Shown: piece after piece, positions 12,803 through 22,558 of the stretch
How the letters are laid out: each line of letters begins with the position of its first letter
Position numbering within the stretch: position 1 is the stretch's first letter
Assembly (NCBI GenBank): GCA_013265495.1
Contig: MU058636.1
Span: 9,418,239-9,440,796, forward strand
Source: Vicugna vicugna
Lineage: Eukaryota
Direction: 5' to 3'
DNA: 22,558 bases
Made by a program: the position numbers and the translations under genes
Notes under the pieces: model-generated
The model's database searches: none
What the model was told of the DNA's origin: nothing
Seen by the model: only the letters and a program-made list of their open reading frames with translations

Positions 12803-13214
12803 CCTGATCAAAAATATTTTCTTCTCTCAGTTTCATTTTCTTACCCTATTAGGCAACACATTGATAAAGGAAAATGCACTAAAAGAAACAAGTAGAAAGT
12901 TTCTCAGTTTACTAACAGCCTGCCCCTCACCCCACCCCCATCCCTTGGGTCTCTTAAGAAATCCAAGAAGAGACACACACAGAGGCTCTGGTTCCTCCAA
13001 GCACGACGCTGAGGTTCAAAGAGGCAGCTTGCACTCAGATGCCGCGTGGAGCACCATCAATCTCTGCCTTACCACTGGGTTGAAGAACGAAGGTCGATCT
13101 GGGATCGTCATCTTTATAACCTGGCGGCAGCATAACTTACACATCGGACACAGCTAACCAAGCGTGCCTGACACGTGAGACGCAAGCTGCGTCATCATAA
13201 TTTATATTTAAATA

Positions 13215-13318
13215 GCTCCTTTCACCAAAGGGCTCGAACGAACTTACAGACTTTTACTTAATTAATCCTTGCAAGCCATCCATGAAGAGGGTAATGTCAG
13301 GTCGTATATCCCCCTTTC
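13215..13318 (-). mobile_element. ancient MIR-family fragment
   Basis: cttacagac...ttaattaatccttgcaagccatccatgaagagggta...atatcccctttt resembles the antisense MIR 3' part (ttaatcctcacaacaaccctatgaggtag...atccccatttt). Confidence 0.4.
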
Positions 13319-13610
13319 CTCTGGCATCTCAGGGTTTGGCTGCTTTTTCTCCTCTATTTTCTTGTTTTCAGGATCGTGAAGCTTCCTTCCCCCAAATGCA
13401 GACTTTTATTCTGAAGCTGATGCTCTTATTTCCATATGACTATTTCTGGGAGCTCCTGGTTGGAAGAAAATGATCCCCACTTCCTGCCTCCCCTCCCCTG
13501 CCTTTTTTTGGGGGGTTGCTTTGAAACGTCCAATCTATTTCAGAATTACCATTTACTTTAAGCTTTCACTCTTGAATTATCCTGAGGTCTAGGAGACTTA
13601 AGTGTTCAAG

Positions 13611-13613
<3 letters not shown>

Positions 13614-13661
<48 letters not shown>
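13614..13661 (+). repeat. perfect (GT)24 microsatellite
   Basis: 48 nt of uninterrupted GT, counted directly. Confidence 0.98.
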
Positions 13662-13663
<2 letters not shown>

Positions 13664-15357
13664 CTGCAGGAGGGGGACAGAGAGAGAGAGAAAAGTAACA
13701 GCCCTTGCCAAGTGGCATTAAAATGCCATAAAAAGTGTTCCAGGGGTGGAGGCAGGATCTCTGCATCTCAGCAGACACCTCATCATTACCCACGTCTCTC
13801 GTGACTCTTTTGGTCAGTTTTCAGATTATGTTGCACCAGAACTCCTCCCAGGGTTGCGACAGCTGGGAGACGTGGAGGAGAAATAATCATGGAAACAAAA
13901 GAAGGAAGGGCTTTAAGCCTCAAACCCTATTCTAAACAGGGCAGCTTTTCCTTTGCCTGTTTTCCTATGGAGCTTCTGAGGAAGCAATTGCATTTCCTGA
14001 GCATCTTCTTGGATGCTCTGCAAAGAGTCAAGAAAGGTTTGTAAATTTCTTTGAGCTCTTTGGAAAAAGAAGTTATTAGAAAGAAAAAAAAAAGACTGCT
14101 GTCTAACATCGTGGGTTCTCTGGACCTGACCTTTGAGGCCCTGCCTTTAACTGACCATAATGAGAAACATTGATATCCATATTTCTCGATGTGCTAAGGG
14201 TTGAGCCTCTTCTGCCCGGGCTAGAGTAAGCCATACGCTACTTCAATCTCTACTCACTGATACTGGAGGGGACTCAGGGAAGGGCTACATTTAACCAGCC
14301 AGGAATCTCCGTTGGTGCTAGCTCGCCTTCTTGGACACCTTGGATTGACGGGGTTTAGCCAAGCACCACCAGGCTCTAATACAACAGAGCACTTTTTCCA
14401 ATCATTTGATTGGAAAACCCACCTCACAACTCAAAGTCTTTCCTCGAGCCAATAATTAGTGCAGGAATCCAAGTTTTTAAAACCCTACGATTTTTTCAGA
14501 CGCTATAAAAATTCCAACCAAGGGCTTTCAAAGTTTCAACACAAGCGTTTGCAAGCCAAAAAAGCTTAACACTCAATCTGGTTTATTCTCTTGCTTATAT
14601 TAAAATCTGTAACTAACCACATTTTTATAGTACATGCAGCCATCTTGTTGAGAAAGAGTATAGAAATCAGAGCCTAAAGTGGTTCTGACATACTCATTTC
14701 TGCTCAAAATAATCAGGAGTCAGAGGAAAACTAAGTTGAGCCTCTTCGAGCAGAAGGATGGCAAAAAAGAAGGTTCTAAGACAGCAAGAACAGTACACTA
14801 AGTAGCTTTTATTTGAAGAGGAAAGTGACCACTAGGAAGGAGACAATTGGAAGAAGGGGAGGACACATTCTTTCCAAACTCTTATCAAAAACATTTCTGT
14901 AGGTATATCTTAATTGCAAGTTGATGAGAGCAGAGTTGGAAAAGCAAGGCAGGAATTATTAACTCTTCCTTGTGGAAGGGGGAGAAGCATGGGGCCCGGA
15001 AAGGATAATGTCTATAAAGTTCAAGCTGCAGCCAAGAAGGAAATTCATTGGGAGGACAAAATTCCATGGCATATGCCGAAGGCTGACTCTTGTATCCTGA
15101 GCCAGATGGATTTCCATCGTTATCAGCACCCAAAAGGGGTTGGAAGGGCTCTGGAGATCAGAGCACTTGGACTCCAAGGTTAAAATAAACAAACACATAA
15201 ATAAAATATGATCCAGGAAAGCAGATCCAAAGAGAAGTGGAAATTAATAAAAGTCAAATTTTAAACAAGGGAAGGCGATACTGCATAACTCAGCACGATA
15301 GCTTTTGCATCCATTGATGTTTTCTGTTACCGTTCTCCTGCTAACCTGAGCCTAACC

Positions 15358-15503
15358 AAAATGTAAATTAAATATTCCACTGCTCAGGAATACTAGCCAC
15401 ATTTCACATCTCCCATAGCGACACATGGCTAGTGATGACTGTATTGTGACTGTAGAAATAAGACATTTTCATCACTCGCAGACAGTTCTGTTGGACAGCG
15501 CTG
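15358..15503 (-). mobile_element. partial MER3-like hAT-Charlie element
   Basis: actagccacatttca...cacatggctagtg...acattttcatcactcgcagacagttctgttggacagcgctg. One terminus (ttggacagcgctg) is intact and the other is missing. Confidence 0.8.
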
Positions 15504-16696
15504 CATTAGAGGGGAACACCTTTTAGAACTTTCAGACTATTATCAGCATACCTGAGATTAATAAGAGTATTCTGTGCCTTCCAGCACCAAAATGCCAGTC
15601 AGCGTCAACCATTGTGCTTACCCTCAACTTTCTTGACTTTTGTTCATTATTATGTCTCAGTTTCACTTATTTTCAAGCTTAACCACCAGTGAAATAAACG
15701 AGGGAGAAATATTATACAAAAGGATCATTTAAACATAAAGCCGGCTCTCCTATAATTAACATACAGAAAACTAATTTGGATTATTTCTTTATAGAGCTAT
15801 GTGACATTAAAGTCTGATCTCACAACGATGTTGAGTGTCCCTGAAAATATTCACGGACAAACTGAGTATTCTAAGTGCAGCAATCATAGGAGCCCCCAAA
15901 CTCGTTTCAGATGTGGGTGATTTTACCACATGTATTTGGGCTTTGAGAAAAGTGTATACAAGTGCCAAAGTCACTTGCATGAGCCCTCTTATACAAACAA
16001 CAATGAAAGTGGAAGCTAGAAACGGAGGAAACAGTATGGTTTGTTCCTCCTTGTCTGTTTCTCTCCTTTACAACTGAGAGCATCACTGTTCTCTCTGAAG
16101 AGGGGAAATTCATCAGCGTCATTAGGACACAGATTGGGACACTTGGAGTCAGCGGGGGATACGACCTCACCGTCTCCTGCTGTCAGGTTCGATGAGCTCT
16201 TTCTGGAGATGGGTGCTCTCCACCTGCATTTATTGTTCCCAAGACTTACTACTGCACTGGTGCTAAAGCAGAAAGATGAGCACTGTGAACATCTCTGAGC
16301 TTGCTGGAGATACACACATTCAGCCTTTTCTTTCTGATTTTTTAAAATTGAGGTTTCACAAAAGAATTGTGAACTCTATCACTTAATCATTCTCAGCCCT
16401 TTCCTGATTTGCCAGTGCTCAGCCACCATAAGCCATCGGTCTGATTTCTGTCACTTTCATATTGCTACACGGTTAGGTTACAGTGTGGGACCAAAAGACA
16501 GGCCCTAAGGCCGATTAGCTCCCCTCCAGCCATACCCTTAACCCTGTCATCTCAAAATTAGGGGCCATTGATCACGAGAACCACTTGGAAAACAGGGAAG
16601 AATCTGGGCATATGCTTAAAAAAAATCAACCCAAATGAGAAGCTGAATGGGAAATGGATTATTCAGATAACAAATTTCTTAGTGAAATTATATAGA

Positions 16697-17005
16697 CTTC
16701 TGCTGTCCAGTGTGGTAGCCATTAGCCACAAGCACTTGAAATGTGGCTGGTCTAAACTGAAATATGCTGAAAGTGTAAAACACACACTACTTACAAAGAC
16801 TTAGTAAGTGACAAAAGAAAATGAAAATACCTCATAAATAATCTTTATATTGATGACATGTTGAAATACTATTTTGATATACTGGGTTACTTAAAATGCA
16901 TCATTAAAGCTAATTTCATGCTTCTTTTTGCTTTTTAAAAATATAGCTCTTTGAAAATGTTACATGACAAATGTGGCCCACATTCTCTCTCTGTTGATGA
17001 CACAG
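16697..17005 (-). mobile_element. MER33-like hAT-Charlie element, near full length
   Basis: gctgtccagtgtggtagccattagccaca, agcacttgaaatgtggct, agtgtaaaacacacac, aagacttagta, tatattgatgacatgttgaaat, atgtggcccacatt. Confidence 0.87.
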
Positions 17006-18479
17006 AGACAGACCATGATCACAGGCTCTCTCTGTAACACAACAGAGCTTAGAAAATGCTGAGTCATGAAAAGCCAGCCTAAAAGTTATCTGCCATGAAG
17101 GCAAAAGAATCCTCTGGCAACAACAGCAGAAGAAGTTGCTGGAATCGGAGAAGGCATCATAAATGTCTCCACTAGTGAGAGCCACAAAGGGCCTCGCCAG
17201 CAGCCAAAGCCACGTAACGGAGCAGTTATCAAAAAGAAACTGAGCACTAATTTCAAAATCCCTGCCTTGTCTTTTGAGCTGACTGTGAGAAAGTCGCCCC
17301 CACAGTCTGCTGGAGGTCGGGGCTGGGACTCCCGAGGTGCTCAAGTCCTCACTTTGATTTTCTCGTGATCAAAGACGGCACCTCATTACTGAAGAGGCTC
17401 CTGGGGTGAGTTCCCCCCAGTAGAGTACACAGTGACCCAGGGAGACAGCCAGATCACCAATGACTCATCCCAGAGTTTCCTGAATAATATTTAAATCCCC
17501 AGATACTCGGGAAACAGGGATCAAGAGAGCATGAGATCAAGCTTGAGACCTCGAAGAAGCGATCAAGTGGCAGCTCAAGCCCTTCACAGAGCTGGCCAGG
17601 GAAGGCCTCTGCCAGTTTAGACGAGGGAACATCCAAGCAGCTCTGGTTCCTCCTTCATGCCCAAGTTTATGTCTTTGGGCTAAGTTCTTATGTTCTATAA
17701 ATAGGCAGAAAAAGAAGTTAATCAGCGTCAGCTTTCTCACCCCAAAAGAATTTCTTCCCTGCCTCCTCTCCAATCTCTCCAGGCTTAGAGATGACCCTTA
17801 CTCCCTTGGCACAACGTCTGTAATTTATTTCAAACTACTTCATTATAATCAGCGTGATATGGTGCACACACCAGTTGGTTGAAACTTTCACGTCCAGAAG
17901 TCATCAGTTAACACGTTATGAGGAATGCCCAGGCCAGGGGGGCAAGTGACATTCAGTCAGAGAGAGTCACAGCCTAAGGACAGCTATGACAAGCCCCGCC
18001 ATTATCTGCAAATCAATCAAGAGCAGAAACTGTGCCAAATGCAAATAAATATCAACAAGAGGCTTCTACTGGTGAAAGCAATGTTTTGTTAATTAGCATG
18101 ATGGCTGTAATAACAGGATCTCGTAAGGTGACACTGCAGGTTTGTCAAAGTATGTGCTTGAGCAGAAATGAGTTAGCGGTACCCGCTCTGCGGCATGAGG
18201 TTGTAAGAATCCAGCTGGGCCTGTATCCTGTATCCCTGAGGCCTGAGCACGTTTTGGAGGAATGGTGCCTGTGGCTTGATCTGTAGTTGGATTTGTGCCC
18301 AGCCATTGGTTTAGAAGGATTTCTGATTCCTGATGCCAAGTAGAAGGTATGGAATGCTGCCTTGTATATGCTGCTGTTTTTGTCTCAAGAAAACCTTTCA
18401 TAAAAGGTACCCAACAAATGTGCCTTCTTGCAGCCATCGAGTATACATTTCTTTCTGTCTTGAGGGGCTACAACGTCCC

Positions 18480-18980
18480 CCCTGAATTCTTCACCTGGTC
18501 AATTCTGACTCACCCCTCAGGTCTCAGCATAAATCACTGGCTCCCAGTCTTGGCTGCACATCAGAATCATTTTTTTTCTAAAAAAAAATCCCACAGCCCA
18601 GGTCACACCCTATACAAATCAAATCGGAACGTCTGGAGGTGGGAGGCAGGCAGCAGTATTTTTTAAAGATTCCCTAAGTGATTCCATTTGGGAATCATTG
18701 GCTTCAATTTTTCTTTTTTTTCCTTCAGTGAAGACTTTGCGAATCCCTCCACCTGAGCTTCCTCTGTAATTAGTTTCCTCTGTTTCAGCGCTCTCCGCAC
18801 ATTTTCTCATTTTATAATTAGCTGTGCCATTTTTGTTTTGACAACATCTGCCTCCCAGACTGCATGCTCTACGAGGGCCAAGAATTTGACTGTTTTTCTC
18901 ATCTCGGCATCTGAAGCAACTAGTACAGCGTCTGCTTACAGAGAAGGCGCCTGGTATGTATTTGTGCAAAATCCATCAGT
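18480..18980 (+). mobile_element. L2 3' region interrupted by a MER5-like insertion
   Basis: actcacccctcaggtctcagcataaat before the insert and ccttcagtgaagacttt after it. Then cagactgcatgctctacgagggc and ctagtacagcgtctgcttacagagaaggcgc...tatttg, typical of the L2 3' end. Confidence 0.7.
18535..18700. mobile_element. MER5A/MER5B-like hAT-Charlie MITE
   Basis: cactggctccc...cttggctgcacatcagaatca...cagtattttttaaagattccctaagtgattc...gggaatcattg, with degenerate terminal inverted repeats. Confidence 0.8.
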
Positions 18981-20943
18981 GAGTTCAATACTCATCTTTT
19001 GACTGATGCTTTCTCTCCCAGTAGCCAGCTAACCAAATATTTGAGTGCTAACGGCACATGACCAGTTTTCTAACTGATGCTCCAGAATCATGGGAGGGAG
19101 GTTACGATCTATTTGTAAGCAGGATTAGTGCACGTGAACTCATAAGGGAACTGCATAAGGGCTGGATATGTGAAGAGCCAGAGCTTAAAGTGACCGGGAG
19201 CACAGGGTGACAAGCAGCATGTGCGTGTGGATGAACTTAGGTGTAGACAGTCAACTTACAAGTCATGTGGTGCAGACCGTCTCCATTCATCCCTATTCTG
19301 CATCCTGCCTCTCAGAGTTTTGAACAAGTCCTCCTGACCTTCGTGCGGCATTTACCTAAATCAGTAAGGAGTCTTCTGTTTATCTGAATTGGAAGACTAG
19401 CTTCATTCACAGCATGGGAAAGAAAACTGTCATCTTCGTTTTGATCCAGCGTTGGGATAGTATTTAAACAATTTTAGCCTGATGAATCACAGGGCCGTGC
19501 TGAAAGGAACGGATTTGTTTGTGTACTGTAGAATATTTATTCTGCACTAAAATATTTGTTCTTCCCACATTCTATCTTCCACCCAAATCCTTGACGATGG
19601 AATCACTTTCTAAGCTGTCTCTACAAACCACAGTTCCCGCACCGGGCACGGATAGATACCGTCTGAGCAGGAACCCAGACGGGCGCGTAGGGGCCCCAGA
19701 ACGTTCTTGCTCATTTCAGGAAGTCAACACATCAACACACAGACCGAAAGAAGCTCCTGGGCCCTTTTGCCTCATAACATAAGCAGGTGCTGTAAATTAA
19801 GGGGGGGTCCGCAGGCCACATCAGCGAGTGAGGATGGATACATTTTAGGGCGCCCCAGGGTGAAAGCGGGCATGTGGTCAAAGTATTAAGGAAGGACGTG
19901 CAAGATTAGTCCGAGCTACTCGGGGGCAGCGCCGGCCCTTTTTTATAAGCTAAATCTGAGTTAATGGCAAGACTCATCCTATTAAAGCAAAGGATGGAAT
20001 TGGTCCAAACCGTTTTTGCAATGGGTAACATTAAAGAGGCCTTGTGGGTGTGACTGACGTTAATTTACTATTCTGTATGGTAAGTGAGCTCCCCAGAGTT
20101 CAGGATGAATGGGAAATGACAATAAAGCACTCAGCACAATTTCGGTCCGCGGTCCAGCTCAGTCCTGTGTCTTAAGAGGCAGCAGACAGTCTCTCCCAAT
20201 CAGGGCTTGAGATTGTTATATAAAATGTGGTCCAGATGGGTGCCTTTTCCCCCAGTAAACAACACTCCGTTTGGGGAAGAACTCTGTCAGGATATTATCA
20301 GTTTGCGACTTTGAGTATCTCCAAGGGTGGTCTTTGTGCACAGTTAAAATTATCAAGAAGTTATTATTTTTTTAAATAAATACTCCTGAAGTTTCTAGAT
20401 CCACTTTGTAAAATCTTTTTATTCTCTCTCAAAATTGAGCAAATATTAACAATTTCTTTTAAGTGACCTTTGATCAACAACTGGTCCTGTTTATCAACTT
20501 AATCAAACTCCTCAAACATTTTAAACTACATTTACCAGTTTACGACCTTTGATCTCCTTCACTCAACTGTTAGAGTACAAACTCTACCACATACGTAAGC
20601 AGTTCTTGTAAATACAACCGATTAAGCTTTAAACGTGGAGACTTCTGAGTTATCTCAAATGACTCAATCATGTTTATGAACTTATTAATATTTCAACTTA
20701 AAACCACAAGTCTAAATAGTCAATTACCCATTTTTAATTTAATCACAGGGCTCAGTGAACATACTCAAACACTCTCGATGCCATATACATTCAGATTTCT
20801 TAATACAAAAACATTTAATGTTATGGGGCGATTTTTTTTTTTACATTGCACATTTAACTTTGTCTTCTTATGAAAAAAACCAAATTACCTCAAACAATTT
20901 TTGTGGTCATACTGACATGTAGATGTTTGAGATTACATTTCTC

Positions 20944-21203
20944 CACTACGAGTGACTGAGTATCAACTTGGAGTTTTAGCCTAGAGGTAAACTCTGGGAC
21001 TGCAGGAGATCCAGTGTTGTTTATTTCACTACCATCATCAACATGCCAAAGAAATTCCATCTTGATGGTCATTAATCACTACGAGTGACTATCAACTTGG
21101 AGTTTTAGCCTAGAGGTAAACTCTGGGACTGCAGGAGATCCAGTGTTGTTTATTTCACTACCATCATCAACATGCCAAAGAAATTCCATCTTGATGGTCA
21201 TTA
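20944..21203. repeat. head-to-tail tandem duplication (131 bp and 127 bp)
   Basis: Copy 1 at 20944-21074 and copy 2 at 21077-21203 are identical except for a 4-bp indel (gtgactgagtatc vs gtgactatc). A 2-nt spacer 'at' lies between them. Confidence 0.97.
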
Positions 21204-21909
21204 GGCCAACATGGATCTCAAGACCATGGTCTCCAAACAGGTGGTCTTGCAGCCCAGAACTCCAGATTAGAGTCTTATCTTATTTATTTTTCCTCCTTTC
21301 GCAGAACTTTGCAGCCTACATTATGCTTGGAGCTAATATCCTTCACCATTTCAAATGTATTTATTGGGTTTTATAGATATTTAGTTTCTTCGTTGGATTC
21401 CACAGATCCCCTCCCTTTAAAAAAAAAAAATCTGTACTGACCAAGGAGTTAATGATTTTCCCAGTCTCTCCAATACTGTTGTAGATCTTCTGCCTGAGAA
21501 TTTCTAGGACAGAATCTGGCTCTTCCAGACCAAGCCGCTGAGCACCCCATACTCGGGACACAGCTGAGCACGAGGTTTACGCTGATGCAGGGCGAGGCGT
21601 TACCACCCAACACGCGAAGTTTTCCTTCTTTCAGATCCTTAGCTACAAAAGATCTTCACTAATTTTTGATCCTTCCTGGGTAAGGGCCACGTGGAACACA
21701 GGCGAAACACCTCAGAAACTGGAAACTGGAAGAATTAAGTCTGTCATCAAAGCTTGATATTTGCTAAGGAAAACGACCCAGAGAAGCTTTAGAAAATATC
21801 TGCTTGTGATTGAACAACAACAAAAAGAACTGAGCTGCACCTGTGAATCAATGTTACAGAAGTGATGCTTTTTTGCACAATAAATATTTGTTTGAAAAAG
21901 TGCTTCAAT

Positions 21910-22558
21910 GGGGAAGAGGCAAGATGGCGGAGTAGAAGGACGCTCGTGGGTCACCCTCTCCCACAAATACACCAAGATCCACATCTACAGACCCACTCAG
22001 CCAACCAGAGCACCTGCGGAACTCCAACATAACATCGCCCTCTTCAAAAGATAAAGACGCCCAAAATCTGGTGGGAGAAAAGGAAAAAAGAAAGAACAAA
22101 AGGCAAAGCAGCGCGGGACGTGTCCCGCGGGGAGGGAGCGGCAAAGGAAGACTGGCGCTCGCTCGCTGGGTCTCCCCTCTCCGGCTGGGAGGCCGGCGGG
22201 ACGGAGGGGGAGCCTCCGAGGCTCGGATCTGTGCAGAGCAGCCCTTGTCTGACAGAACTAAGTTAAATGGGCACAGAGCGCCCCCCCGACACCCAGCCTG
22301 AGACGCCGGCCGGCAGCGACGGGCAGGGCCAGGCTGCACAAGCCGGGCGGAGGCCGGGGCGGCTGCACGGAGGCAGCCCCGGGGGACTGCAAGGGGCTGG
22401 GCGCCGTGGCTGTGGGTGTACAGGACAGAACAACCTGGGCCCTCCATAAAACAGCAAGGTTGATGTGCTCTCGGGGGAAGGGTGCATACCCCCATCTCTG
22501 AAAACCCGCGGAAACTTTTCAGGGGAAGAGGGGCGGGGCCCAGGCAGAGCCGCCATAT
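21910..22558 (+). mobile_element. LINE-1 5' end (5'UTR/internal promoter), continuing beyond the window
   Basis: Abrupt switch from AT-rich to GC/CpG-rich sequence. G-rich start ggggaagagg then caagatggcggagtagaaggacg, typical of laurasiatherian L1 5' ends. Preceded by an endonuclease-like site tttg/aaaaag. Confidence 0.88.
21920..21929 (+). promoter_or_regulatory. YY1 site of the L1 internal promoter
   Basis: CAAGATGGCG about 10 nt from the element start. This matches the sequence and position of the YY1 site known in mammalian L1 5'UTRs. Confidence 0.75.

Noticed and set aside
14885..15198. Overlapping 79-89 aa ORFs on both strands
   Set aside because: No recognisable domain and no coherent splice signals.
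16916..17344. 142-aa minus-strand ORF
   Set aside because: It has a non-ATG start, runs into the MER33-like element, and shows no recognisable homology.
2962..20666. AP-1 motifs TGASTCA at 2962, 17060, 17461, 18506 and 20660
   Set aside because: About three are expected by chance in 22.5 kb at equal base frequencies, so five dispersed hits are not persuasive.
20944..21203. Possible CRISPR-like array or paired LTRs
   Set aside because: There are only two adjacent copies, with no spacers, no TG...CA ends and no internal region, in a mammalian context.

Overview
This is mammalian, most likely camelid, non-coding genomic DNA (intronic or intergenic). The lineage call rests on a tRNA-Ala-derived SINE at the left edge and on the L1 UTR sequences, both recognised from memory rather than by search. 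The window is a mosaic of transposable elements: an ERV1 solo LTR with a perfect 4-bp TSD, LTR33-like and MLT1-like LTRs, hAT-Charlie MITEs (MER3, MER33, MER5), MIR and L2 relics, a 5'-truncated dead L1 with an internal deletion, and the CpG-rich 5' end of an apparently young L1 running off the right edge. I could not recognise a host protein-coding gene, and almost all listed ORFs look like chance ORFs. The most notable items are a near-perfect ~130-bp tandem duplication with a 4-bp indel near its junction, a 196-codon antisense ORF in the L1 5'UTR (ORF0-like arrangement), a dense cluster of developmental TF motifs near 18.0 kb, and some weak minus-strand exon candidates. I see no convincing novel biological system.
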